DNA of 64,000 nucleotides, taken from Candidatus Obscuribacteraceae bacterium. Lineage in GTDB: Bacteria > Cyanobacteriota > Vampirovibrionia > Obscuribacterales > Obscuribacteraceae. The DNA lies in the NCBI GenBank assembly GCA_044226015.1, contig JBGAHS010000003.1:320001-384000 (forward strand), read 5' to 3'. Below, one piece after another: positions 40,906 through 50,707 of this stretch. The first letter of the stretch is position 1, and every line of letters begins with the position of its first letter. The notes beneath the pieces were generated by a model. The model ran no database searches. It worked only from the letters and a program-made list of their open reading frames with translations, and was not told where the DNA came from. The translations under genes and the position numbers were made by a program.

Positions 40906-41328
40906 TCAAAAAAATGGACAGGAATTGTAATCGGTTGCCTGTGTAGGCTTGCAGACATCTGTCAGGTCTCTCGTATTGCCTGGGCGCGCCTTCTTCATGT
41001 CGCATTCTGGGCATCTAACGGAAACGTGGTCTTTGGCTGCTCCGTCAACTATTAGCTTGAGCCCTTTTGCTTCCAGTTTTCCAACAGCGCACTCTGCCAG
41101 TCCGACCGGCAGCGGAATCCCTAGCCTATCGTAGACAGCTTTCGTGTTTGCAAACTTCTTCTTTCGAAAGGTCGACAAGCCGTTTTCGGGCAAACCCGTC
41201 TTTCGCCAGTTTTTCTTGCGCAGAAAATCTTCTTCGTCCTTCGGCTTGCGCAATTTTAACTGGCTGTGCAACCGAACCAAAGCACGAACAAGCATATCTG
41301 ACGACTTCAATACATCATCGTCGGACAT
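40906..41328 (-). CDS. Hypothetical protein, ART/RES-like toxin signature; probably frameshifted near its C-terminus
   Basis: LVR..F..ENGLSTF..V.KL..KGL.LIVD....HV; four C-terminal Cys; GGAG RBS. Confidence 0.55.
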   Translation of the reverse strand: MSDDDVLKSSDMLVRALVRLHSQLKLRKPKDEEDFLRKKNWRKTGLPENGLSTFRKKKFANTKAVYDRLGIPLPVGLAECAVGKLEAKGLKLIVDGAAKDHVSVRCPECDMKKARPGNTRDLTDVCKPTQATDYNSCPFF

Positions 41329-41339
41329 CCTGCACTCCG

Positions 41340-41690
41340 TTATGCTGGAACGGATGTTAGCCTATTTGCAAAGACATCATGGGCAACGGCTCGCTTATTT
41401 TGATAATGCGCAACACAACCATCGCATCGCACTATTGCCTTGAATTTGTCGCCAGCGTGTTCCCAATTCAAAACGATTTCACCGTCTTGAGTGACAGTTA
41501 TCTGTGGCTTCTCTGCTTTCTGCAGTTCCGTCAACAGATCCTTTGCTACAGCGAAAGCCTGATAAGAAGGAGCGTTATACTCCTCTTTGCCGCAGCTTGC
41601 TGCTTCCTGACACTGCTGTGCAAGGTGATGGATTGCTTCGTCAAGCCACTGTTCTGAATGTTGGTCCTTACTGTTCATGATCTTCGACAT
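41340..41690 (-). CDS. Hypothetical protein, candidate antitoxin/partner
   Basis: PS.QA..AK.LL..L..PQITVTQDGEIVLNW..DG; ends 11 bp upstream of 41328. Confidence 0.65.
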   Translation of the reverse strand: MSKIMNSKDQHSEQWLDEAIHHLAQQCQEAASCGKEEYNAPSYQAFAVAKDLLTELQKAEKPQITVTQDGEIVLNWEHAGDKFKAIVRCDGCVAHYQNKRAVAHDVFANRLTSVPA

Positions 41691-42006
41691 CTAGTTCTTC
41701 GTTCTAAGTATCTTACCCCAACATGACCATTTTTAATCCTTAAAAGTGCCCGCCTGTGGGCAAATTCCCATCTTTTGTCCGTTCTGAACTTCTTAAGAGG
41801 CGCATGGAATCGGGATATGGTTCCCAAGCAGTTGCGCTTAGCTTGCTGTTACCTTCGGGCTCAATTTAGATAGATTTGGTTTTAACCCGAACGTCCCCCA
41901 AGGTCCTAATTTATGGGAAGGTCCAGCTTATGAACGATTTTGATTTGGATTCAATGAAAAACTCACCTTAAGGCTGGAATGAACCTTACCCATTTCGTTT
42001 AAGTTG

Positions 42007-42068
42007 AAAAACAAACAAAAGCCCTGGCATCACCGGAGGTGAAGATCCTTGCGGGCTGCAAGGATCTT
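42007..42068 (-). terminator. Hairpin plus alternative terminator downstream of the PhnB-like gene
   Basis: 11-bp perfect stem AAGATCCTTGC/GCAAGGATCTT; downstream GGGCT + U-rich tract on minus strand. Confidence 0.55.
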
Positions 42069-42118
42069 ACGAACGCAAGAACATCAGTGTTATTGTGGAA
42101 TCTAAGTCTTGTTATTGC

Positions 42119-43024
42119 TTAGCTATGAAACGCTGCTTCCAGTTTTGCAATTTCAAGTTTCTTGCTTTCCATGATGCATGCAAGGACTTTTTCTCTCTTC
42201 GCATCATCTTTATCAGTGACCATTTTTTCAAGTATTGCGGGAACGACTTGCCATGGAACACCAAACTTGTCGCAGAGCCAACCGCACTCTGAAGGAAAGC
42301 CTCCATCAGCCTGCAACCTTTCCCACATTTCGTCAATTTCTTCTTGTGTATCACAATTGACCATAAATGAAGTGGAAAAACTGAAATCAAACCCATGCTC
42401 TATCGGGCTGTCCATCGCGATAAACTGCTGCCCGTCGAGCTTGAAAGCAGCATGCTTCACGGTACCTGCCGCAGGTTCTCCCTCTTCGTATTTGACCATG
42501 TAATCAACACTCGAGTTCTTAAATATTGAATTGTAAAACGCGATAGCATCGGCAGCGCGACCAGACTGCTTGCCGGTAAACATCAGACATGGAGAAATTT
42601 TCTGGCTTGTCTTATCGGTGAAATTAAGCTGCCACGAGACTCCAAATTTGTCTTGAACCCATGCGTATTTTTCACTGAACGGATATTTGTCGAGCGGCAT
42701 CATAACTTGCCCCCCGTCCGACAGCTTTTCAAACAAATGCTCAACTTCTTGCGGCGATTTGCATGTGACATAGAAAGAAATTGAAGGATTGATTTTGAAC
42801 ATGGGTCCACCATTCAAACCCAAGATTTCCATTCCCCCAAGTTCAAGCCGAACCGTCATCACTGAGCCCTTTTCCCGATGATGAATTTCATGTCCTGCCT
42901 CGCCATAGTATGCAATTGAACTAACCTTTGCATTGTCGAAAACAGAAGCATAAAATTCCATCGCTTCTTTTGCGTCGTTATCGAACCACAAGCACGTTGT
43001 GAATTTGTGCATTACCTTTTGCAT
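42119..43024 (-). CDS. Two-domain VOC/PhnB (3-demethylubiquinone-9 3-methyltransferase-like) protein
   Basis: TCLWFD, LNGGP, WVQDKFGVSWQL, CGWLCDKFGVPWQVVP. Confidence 0.92.
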   Translation of the reverse strand: MQKVMHKFTTCLWFDNDAKEAMEFYASVFDNAKVSSIAYYGEAGHEIHHREKGSVMTVRLELGGMEILGLNGGPMFKINPSISFYVTCKSPQEVEHLFEKLSDGGQVMMPLDKYPFSEKYAWVQDKFGVSWQLNFTDKTSQKISPCLMFTGKQSGRAADAIAFYNSIFKNSSVDYMVKYEEGEPAAGTVKHAAFKLDGQQFIAMDSPIEHGFDFSFSTSFMVNCDTQEEIDEMWERLQADGGFPSECGWLCDKFGVPWQVVPAILEKMVTDKDDAKREKVLACIMESKKLEIAKLEAAFHS

Positions 43025-43187
43025 ACAGTTCTCCCCCAGAGCGATGACAAGCCCTGCCCGTCAATATCATGGAAGGATTATATACATCTTGACCCGTTTG
43101 AGCTTCCGCCTGAATACGACACGCTTGTGAATCGCGCTTGTGGCAGGGTTCTGCTATGCTTAAGGACCCAAATCGACAGTTTCTTTA

Positions 43188-44573
43188 ATGGCTCTTAAGG
43201 CAGCAAGCAGCTCTCAAAACACGTCAGGCATTGTGCCGCGAGAAAATCTCGTTGCATTCGTTCTTGTAACCTCGTGTTTTGGACTCTGGGGCATGGTCAA
43301 TATGATGACGGACACACTTGTTCCCGCCGTGCAGAAAATATTCAGTATTGACACAAGCCAATCTTCGTTGATTCAGGTCGTTAACTACGCATCTTACGCG
43401 CTGCTCTCTTTTCCGGCAGCCTTCCTCATCAAAATGCGCAACTACAAAACCGGTGTGGTTTTGGGGCTCACGCTTTTGTGCATAGGAGCAGGTGCATTCG
43501 TTCCAGCAGCATCATCGATGTCTTTTTCACCGCTTTTGATGGCAATTTGCGTACTTGCAAGCGGTCTTTCAATTTTGGAAACCAGCTGCAATCCATATGT
43601 AATTGCAATGGGACCTGAAGAAACTGCTGTTCGCCGCTTGAATCTTGCGCAGACCATCAACCCTATAGGATGCCTGCTCGGCTTGTTTGTTGCGAAAGTA
43701 CTCATACTCAGCAATCTCAATGCTGCTGAAGCTTCGGTGCGCAAAACCTGGGACGCTGCGATGGCTCAGCAGGTGATGTCGCATGAACTATTTTGGCTAG
43801 CAATTCCGTATGGCGTCACGGTGCTCATAACTATAATCATGATCATTACAATGTGCGTCAAACGCATGCCAGACGGACGTGACACACAGGAAAGTCCGCC
43901 GCTGGGGCAGTCACTGAAGCGCCTGCTTTCAAATTCACGTTACACAGGCGGAGTGCTATCGCAATTCTTTTATGTCGGACTACAGGTTGCAATCTGGACA
44001 TTCATCATCAAATACACACGAGAAGCTGCCATTTTTTCAGTTGTTGACGGCAAGTTAATTCCTGGCATGAGCGAAGCAGACGCATGGTACAGCTTGATGG
44101 CTTCAATGCTCGTATTTACTTTCGCCCGAATGGTGTGCACTGCTTTGATGCGGAAATTCAACCCGGCTTCAATGATGGCAACACTAGCTCTGGCAGGAAT
44201 AATACTCACACTGGGCGCCATATTCTTACCGGGCTGGTCAGGCGTGGCATCACTGGTGCTTGTGTCTGCATGCATGTCTTTGATGTTTCCGACCATTTAC
44301 GGAATTGCACTACGCGACCTTGGCCCTGAGGTAAAACTCGGTGCTGCAGGGCTAATTATGGCAATCTTGGGTGGTGCCGCGGGCTCATATTCACAAGCTG
44401 CCTTGATAGACCTTTTCGCAATTACAATGAAATTTCCGACCGACCAGGCAATTCGCTACTCATTCGTGATTCCCATCGCCTGCCTGATAATTGTGCTTGT
44501 TTATGCTCTGCGCTACCGTTCATTCTGCTCGCAAAAGGCAGCAGCAGGTGAGCTTCCAGCAGCTGGGCATTAA
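43188..44573 (+). CDS. fucP: MFS sugar:H+ symporter, FucP family
   Basis: 12 TMs; LETSCNPY, RRLNLAQTINPIG, FFYVGLQ, MSLMFPTIYG; substrate unverified. Confidence 0.85.
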   Translation: MALKAASSSQNTSGIVPRENLVAFVLVTSCFGLWGMVNMMTDTLVPAVQKIFSIDTSQSSLIQVVNYASYALLSFPAAFLIKMRNYKTGVVLGLTLLCIGAGAFVPAASSMSFSPLLMAICVLASGLSILETSCNPYVIAMGPEETAVRRLNLAQTINPIGCLLGLFVAKVLILSNLNAAEASVRKTWDAAMAQQVMSHELFWLAIPYGVTVLITIIMIITMCVKRMPDGRDTQESPPLGQSLKRLLSNSRYTGGVLSQFFYVGLQVAIWTFIIKYTREAAIFSVVDGKLIPGMSEADAWYSLMASMLVFTFARMVCTALMRKFNPASMMATLALAGIILTLGAIFLPGWSGVASLVLVSACMSLMFPTIYGIALRDLGPEVKLGAAGLIMAILGGAAGSYSQAALIDLFAITMKFPTDQAIRYSFVIPIACLIIVLVYALRYRSFCSQKAAAGELPAAGH

Positions 44574-44725
44574 GCGAGTGCAGATCTATCTTCCTTATAA
44601 AAATCGCACAGTAAAAATTGGAAAACACGGAGAAGCCAAAATTACGCTTCAATATTTACCGGCAGGAGATTATGCGGTATTTCATTACGCACGTTGATCG
44701 GAATAGAGCAAGCCTGAGCCTATGG

Positions 44726-46378
44726 CTATTTCTTCTTTTCTTCAATCGCAGCTTCAACACGCAAAATGCCACTCTTGGTGAATTCGCAATCTGGCTCAAG
44801 CCGCAGTGTGTCTTTGTAATATCGAAGAGCAGTCTTAAAGTCTTTTTTGACTTCATAACAAGCAGCGATGTAATAGAGTGCTGAACTGCTCTCTCCGAAA
44901 GTAAGCATAGAGTCAGCAAATGATTTCAGGGCGTCATCAAGCCTGCTCATTCCGTAGTAAATTCTGCCAATCCAATAGAAAACATCATATTGTTGTTGAA
45001 CAGAATAGAAGTTCTCTTTCACCTTTTCTATAACAAGAAGAAGGTGCTCTGCTTGCGTGCTGGTGATTGTCTCAAGCGAGAAATAAATGCGTGGAGCAGC
45101 AAGACAAAAGACTATCGGATCATAATTGCAGAGCTGAATATAGCCCATACACGAACGAAGTAGCTCGTTAGATTTTTTAGGCTCTACATCAGTCAAAAGG
45201 TCCTGCATAAAATACAGATAGTTTGCAAGATTTTGACGATCCATCTTATCTTTGAAGAAGAACTTCGAGTGTTCAAGCGGATTCTCTTTGTCCTTCAGCA
45301 AGAAATTTACAGAACTCGACACAGACAGATTATCATCAGTGGTATTAAGACTGGTGCCGCCGAGTTCTTCAAAGTAACGACGAATCGCATCATAGTTCAC
45401 AGAATACGAGAATATGCCGTGATGTGCCACAAACGGCTGTTCGCGTCGACCTTTCACGTAGTTTCGATCGGTGAACCCTTTGTCAGAAGAAATCAGCAAA
45501 AGGTTGTCCGAAGAAATCTTCAGCAAATTTGAAATGACAGAAAAAGCCCCCAGTGGAAAGAGAATGCTGGCATTTTCAAAGTCTCTGCAATAGCTCTTCA
45601 AAACGTTGTTCAGGCGGGCATCACTGTAATAATCACGCGAGACATCATGATAGGATTCGGTACCAGTTTTCCGCATCGACTCAAATTTGACTTCGTCCGG
45701 ATTTTCAGATTCGCGCTTGCATTGGAAGCGCTGCCGCACTTCTGTAAGCTGTCTTGACTGAATTTGAAATGCATCTTGTTTGATTGAATCAAAAAAGTAG
45801 TTGGCAATTGCGATCAGTGGATTCGCCGAACAAAGTTCAGAGTTTAGAATTTGCTCTGGAGCTGAATTATCATCTGGACAGCTCAATACGAAAGCATCAT
45901 CTAGCGGCTTGAACACTCCAAACTGAAGCCACCCTTCGTCTCGGAAACTCTTTAACTTATCATTTTGCTTCCAATTCGCAGGGTTGTCTGCTGTGAAATC
46001 AACCATAACGTATTGCAGGTTGACTTTACGAAGCAGCTCGAAACTCTCCTTGCGCTTGCGCAATTCTCTTAGCAGGTAGAAGCTGAAGCAGCCTGTGCCC
46101 GCAGCCATTTCCAGCACATACAGCGGCTTGCTAAAGTCTAATTTTTCACGATAGTCGAGAATAAAATTCAAGATAACATCGGCATACGCTTCAGCGATGA
46201 AAGGGTTGCTTGTAGGATAAAACGGAATTTGATTCCAGGCAGAAATGCTCGACGCTTGATAGTACTGCTCAAGCAGCGTCCAAATTTTGGACTCTGAAAG
46301 CTTGCTGCTCTCTTCAATGAAGAAATACTCGCCTTCGGCTTCCTTTTTATCCTCTGTTTTAACAGTGTCGTTGCTCAC
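44726..46378 (-). CDS. SAM-dependent methyltransferase (MidA/NDUFAF7-like) with C-terminal TPRs
   Basis: VLEMAAGTG, YVMVDF, IANYFFDSI, YSVNY; TPRs at the C-terminus. Confidence 0.75.
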   Translation of the reverse strand: MSNDTVKTEDKKEAEGEYFFIEESSKLSESKIWTLLEQYYQASSISAWNQIPFYPTSNPFIAEAYADVILNFILDYREKLDFSKPLYVLEMAAGTGCFSFYLLRELRKRKESFELLRKVNLQYVMVDFTADNPANWKQNDKLKSFRDEGWLQFGVFKPLDDAFVLSCPDDNSAPEQILNSELCSANPLIAIANYFFDSIKQDAFQIQSRQLTEVRQRFQCKRESENPDEVKFESMRKTGTESYHDVSRDYYSDARLNNVLKSYCRDFENASILFPLGAFSVISNLLKISSDNLLLISSDKGFTDRNYVKGRREQPFVAHHGIFSYSVNYDAIRRYFEELGGTSLNTTDDNLSVSSSVNFLLKDKENPLEHSKFFFKDKMDRQNLANYLYFMQDLLTDVEPKKSNELLRSCMGYIQLCNYDPIVFCLAAPRIYFSLETITSTQAEHLLLVIEKVKENFYSVQQQYDVFYWIGRIYYGMSRLDDALKSFADSMLTFGESSSALYYIAACYEVKKDFKTALRYYKDTLRLEPDCEFTKSGILRVEAAIEEKKK

Positions 46379-46398
46379 TATGCCTTCTCCAAAGCGAA

Positions 46399-49197
46399 CT
46401 ATCTTCTGCCCTTCATTCGAGCTTGAATCGCCTGGTACAACTCTTTGCTGCGAACAGCCTGGGCAGAATCAGCACCAAGTTCGCGAGTGCGTGCATCTAG
46501 CGATTGCTTGCACAAAGGTTCCGCCAACTTATACTTGCCCTCAGCAAAATACAACATTGCAAGCGTTGCCTGTACTTCTGCTGCAGCTAAACTATCGGCA
46601 CCGAAGTCTTTCGATTTTATCGCCAGAGATTTCGTCAAGAGTGGTTCGGCATCTTTGAGCTTGTGTTTTTTGATTCTTATTACTGCTTGAACCTTGTACG
46701 CATCCGCAGCCTGTGCAGAGTCCTCTCCATAAAGCTTGTTTGCAATAGTCAAAACACTATTCAAAGTGCTATCAGCCTCAGCAAGTTTGCCCTGAAGAAT
46801 ATAGACTTCCGCGAGACCTTGCATGTACGGAATCAACTCAGCAGACTCTGGACCAGAGACCTTTGTTCTTCGATCAATCGCAGCACTCAAGTCCTGAATT
46901 GCCTTGGCAAAATCTTTCTTACGCAGCGCTATTTTCGATAGCCCGTAATAGACCTCTGAAAGCCCTAACTTTTCTTCTTCTGGCGCAGCAGATAGAGCAC
47001 TTTGAGCCTCCGCCAGGAGGGGAGCCGCTTTGTCCGGGTCTTCTCCTTCAGCTAGCATATCAATTGCAATTCTAGACTTCGTGCGAGCAACGTCATACTT
47101 GCTCGTTTTTTTCTTTTTCTGAATGTCCAGAACTTTGTTAAGTGCATCTTGCGCAGCCTGGTATTTACCAGCTTCCTCAAGTACCTTTGCTTGTTGCGGC
47201 AACACGGTGAGAAGTTCTTCGTCATTATCTGCTTCAGTCACAGCTTTTTTCAAAGTCTGCTCTGCGCTCTGATAATCACCTTGCTTAACCTGCACAGTAG
47301 CCTCGTTTGTAAGACCTGAGGCGGAACCTGTGTCAGTAGAAGTGGCGACAGCAGTCGTACTGCCTCCCGGCACAGGCGGCTTGTCATCGTGTTTTCCACT
47401 CATGGAAATCACTGCGACACCCAGAATGATTACCGCAAAAATTACTACACCTGCAATCAGAGCATTCTTGTTGATGCCTGGTTCAGTTCGCTCTGGCTTT
47501 TCGGAAAGGCTCGCGGATTGCGCTCCACTGTGGGACGAAGAGGATGACGAGTCCGGAGAATTTACCGATGTTGACTGCTGAGAGCTTGCTGAAGATGCAC
47601 CGGAAATTGAGCCATTCGATGACGAAGAAGATGAAGACAACGAAACATCTTCTTTCTCATCAGAAGCCGCTGGCGCGCCCTTAGGGTCGAAGGCAAGTGA
47701 TGTCTCTGAGTTCAACGCAGATGCACTTGCAATTTGCTGCTCGGCTGGATGAGCGCCAGAATTGCTTGCAACAGTATGCTCTAAATTCGTCGCACCAGAA
47801 GTACTCGCAATGGAATCTGCTGCATTGCCTGCGATTGCAGGCATCGAGCCCGACATGGCTGGCGGGGCGCCTTCCATCGTTGGTGCAGAACCTTCCATCG
47901 TCGGTGCGTTTCCAGACATAGCAGGTGAAGAACCTGATGCACCCGGCAAAGCATTACTCGAACTAGAAACAGCAGACGCAGCACTATCGGCGTTAGCAGC
48001 ACTATCGGCGTTAGCAGCACTATTCGCAGCGGAAGCTGTTCCAGCAGACGCAGCATTGCTAGAACCGGAAGCAGACCCCGCGCCGGAGTGGCTCTCCGAC
48101 GGCTTCGCAGGTGCACCAGCGAACTGAGTTTGTCCAGCTTGCTGCGCCCACCTGTCAGTTACGGCGTCTAGCTCTACTACATTTTCAGATTCCGGTGGCA
48201 CAGAAAATATTTTGTGCACAGGTGGAAAGACACCGCGAACAGCTTCTAATGCTTCCTTAAATTGAGGCATTGTCTGAAACCGATCTTCAGGTTCCTTCGC
48301 AATCGCCTTAAACACAGCAGACTCTAGCCCCTCTGAAATGCCAAGTTCAGGGCAAACATCAGAGAAGCGCGACGGGCTATCATTCACTTGCTTGTACATG
48401 CATTCCATCGCATCTCGCCCACCAAACACCGGGCGCCCAGTGACAGAGCGATACAGCACGCAACCTAATGAATAAATATCGGAACGAGCATCGAGGTCTT
48501 TACCTCTGCATTGCTCAGGGCTCATGTACAGCGGACTGCCAAACACCTCACCCGTGTGAGTAAGCTGCTCAGCGCCATCTGGCTGCAAAAGTTTAGCAAT
48601 GCCGAAATCAACAATTTGCAAGTAATCTTGCTGTCCCTCGTACTCGATCAACATGATGTTCGCAGGCTTGATGTCGCGGTGAATCACGCCTTTGCTGTGA
48701 GCATGGGCAAGAGCCGAACACGCCTGAATGAAAATCGGAATAGCTCTGCTTTCGGGCAGGCTGCCCTGTTCCTGCAATAGAGTTGAGAGATTGATGCCTT
48801 CAAGATAGTCCATGACCAGGTAGGGAATACCCTGGTCAGAGATACCAAAGTCATGAACATACAAAATGTGCGGATGCTTGAGCGCACTGGCAGCTTGAGC
48901 TTCCTGGGTGAAACGTTTCAAAGCAGCAGCGTTTTGAACGAGGTGCGGCAGCAGCATCTTGATTGCCACAACCCTTTTCATCAGGTTGTGCCGAGCTTTG
49001 TATACTTTGCCCATGCCGCCATCGCCTATGATTCCTAAAATCTCATAGCGATCGGCAAAAATGTCGCCTACTCTAGGCTCACGGGACATTGGCGTCAGGA
49101 GAGTCCCATCGTCTGGACATGTTTCCAGATTACCGGGAAACTCTTTGCCACAAAGCATACAAGCCTTTTTGCGGTCAGTCGCTTCTTCCTGGGGCAC
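46399..49197 (-). CDS. Receptor-like Ser/Thr kinase: kinase - Ser/Ala-rich linker - TM - TPR
   Basis: IGDGGMGKVY, VAIKML, HRDIKPAN, DFG, YMSPEQ; TM; kinesin-light-chain-type TPRs; AAGGAG RBS. Confidence 0.95.
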   Translation of the reverse strand: MPQEEATDRKKACMLCGKEFPGNLETCPDDGTLLTPMSREPRVGDIFADRYEILGIIGDGGMGKVYKARHNLMKRVVAIKMLLPHLVQNAAALKRFTQEAQAASALKHPHILYVHDFGISDQGIPYLVMDYLEGINLSTLLQEQGSLPESRAIPIFIQACSALAHAHSKGVIHRDIKPANIMLIEYEGQQDYLQIVDFGIAKLLQPDGAEQLTHTGEVFGSPLYMSPEQCRGKDLDARSDIYSLGCVLYRSVTGRPVFGGRDAMECMYKQVNDSPSRFSDVCPELGISEGLESAVFKAIAKEPEDRFQTMPQFKEALEAVRGVFPPVHKIFSVPPESENVVELDAVTDRWAQQAGQTQFAGAPAKPSESHSGAGSASGSSNAASAGTASAANSAANADSAANADSAASAVSSSSNALPGASGSSPAMSGNAPTMEGSAPTMEGAPPAMSGSMPAIAGNAADSIASTSGATNLEHTVASNSGAHPAEQQIASASALNSETSLAFDPKGAPAASDEKEDVSLSSSSSSSNGSISGASSASSQQSTSVNSPDSSSSSSHSGAQSASLSEKPERTEPGINKNALIAGVVIFAVIILGVAVISMSGKHDDKPPVPGGSTTAVATSTDTGSASGLTNEATVQVKQGDYQSAEQTLKKAVTEADNDEELLTVLPQQAKVLEEAGKYQAAQDALNKVLDIQKKKKTSKYDVARTKSRIAIDMLAEGEDPDKAAPLLAEAQSALSAAPEEEKLGLSEVYYGLSKIALRKKDFAKAIQDLSAAIDRRTKVSGPESAELIPYMQGLAEVYILQGKLAEADSTLNSVLTIANKLYGEDSAQAADAYKVQAVIRIKKHKLKDAEPLLTKSLAIKSKDFGADSLAAAEVQATLAMLYFAEGKYKLAEPLCKQSLDARTRELGADSAQAVRSKELYQAIQARMKGRR

Positions 49198-49313
49198 CTG
49201 CTACTCCTTTTCAACCAAATTTGGCTTCTATTATTGTAAGCCGTCATATGCCTGTCCTGCGCTAAAGGTTCAGGGAGTAAACTAAGTCCGTAAGATTCGG
49301 AAATGCAAGCCAC

Positions 49314-50573
49314 TTGGAAAAGCCTGTCAACAGTGACGATGCCCAACAGAAGCGAAAGGCGCGAAAAGAGCGCATAGACTTCGTTTTCGCCATTCTGTCG
49401 CTCATAATTGCAGCTACGATGCCGGCTGCCGCCCTCCTGGGTTCTCAAGGTTCGTTCGGAAAATTAAGCGACTTTCCTGAGTATTATTCGGTCGCCAGGA
49501 TGATTCGAGAAGGCCACGGCAGCCAAATTTATGTTCTCGACAAATTATTCGAAGCTCAACATCAAGATTTCCCTCAACTTGAAAGTCGCGGCATCGGTTA
49601 TTACATTCCGCCATTTGCCACGCCCCTGATTACGCCTCTCGGATTCCTGCCGCCGATGCAGTCCTATCTTCTCTTTTTGCTCAGTTCAATTGCATCGCTA
49701 ATTGCTTCCGTGATAATTCTGGGCAAGCACTTCAAACTGAAAGCGAGCAGCAAAATCTGGCTTGCCACACTTCTTTGCGCCAGCGCACCAGCGTTTGAGT
49801 CTCTGAAGATAGCGCAGCTGGCACCATATCTATTGCTTTCTCTTAGTTGCACATTGTGTTTCTTGAGCAAAAAGAATGATATCGCCGCTGGTGCCTCACT
49901 GGCAATAATGTTGTTGAAACCACAGGAACTATTCCCCTTATTGGTATACGGACTGTTTTCTCGGCGCTTCAAGTTAATAGCCAGTACAGTGCTTTGTGGT
50001 TCAATACTCTTGCTGATTTCCGTAGCGATGATTGGTTTTGATGGATATTCAAATTACTTTCTTCTACTCAAGGACAGCGCAACTCATACGCAGTTTATGC
50101 AACCAGAACTGGGAGCCACAGTGCGCGGTCAGCTATTGCGCATACCATTTCTAGAGCAATCAAGCGTGAATCTGATGAGCACAATTGTTCTAGTGGTGGC
50201 ACTGGCAAAAATCGCCTACGAAGCGTGGCGTAAACGCAACTTGAATTTCGAAGAAGGCTTACTGCAGCTCGCGTTACCTGTAGGGCTAGTCACGGCCCTA
50301 CATTGCCACGATTACGATTTGCTTTTGCTCTTGCCATACATTTTGAGTATGTTTTGTCGTTCTGATAGAAGCAAAACAGCAGAAGCAGCGCGCGGTTTCT
50401 TGATTATTCTCTGCTTGTTTCTCAGTACGCCCGTCTTTGTTCTGGTGCACTACAGCATGCTGATGCGCCAAAAAATGATTCCGAATCCAATTTTCATTGC
50501 ACTGGCACTGTGCGCAATTTTTAGCGTACTGAGTTACTCTTCTCGCAAAACCAGCGAGACTGCTGACACATAG
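49314..50573 (+). CDS. GT87/DUF2029-type polytopic glycosyltransferase
   Basis: SDFPEYY, YYIPPF, AQL, LKPQ, HCHDYDLLLL; many TMs. Confidence 0.8.
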   Translation: MEKPVNSDDAQQKRKARKERIDFVFAILSLIIAATMPAAALLGSQGSFGKLSDFPEYYSVARMIREGHGSQIYVLDKLFEAQHQDFPQLESRGIGYYIPPFATPLITPLGFLPPMQSYLLFLLSSIASLIASVIILGKHFKLKASSKIWLATLLCASAPAFESLKIAQLAPYLLLSLSCTLCFLSKKNDIAAGASLAIMLLKPQELFPLLVYGLFSRRFKLIASTVLCGSILLLISVAMIGFDGYSNYFLLLKDSATHTQFMQPELGATVRGQLLRIPFLEQSSVNLMSTIVLVVALAKIAYEAWRKRNLNFEEGLLQLALPVGLVTALHCHDYDLLLLLPYILSMFCRSDRSKTAEAARGFLIILCLFLSTPVFVLVHYSMLMRQKMIPNPIFIALALCAIFSVLSYSSRKTSETADT

Positions 50574-50707
50574 GTTCAACTGTTCAATAGTGCAGGGTGG
50601 ATTGCATTGTCCTGCAAGCAACTCGGTTTAATTGCCCACTCAGAAAATGACAACTGAATCATACAATTAAATCAGGTTAATTCATGTCTGCCACCACATG
50701 AATAGGG

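Noticed and set aside
41747..41762. GCCCGCCTGTGGGC resembling ZTP riboswitch P3
   Set aside because: The 5' aptamer elements are absent and the orientation is opposite to the adjacent gene
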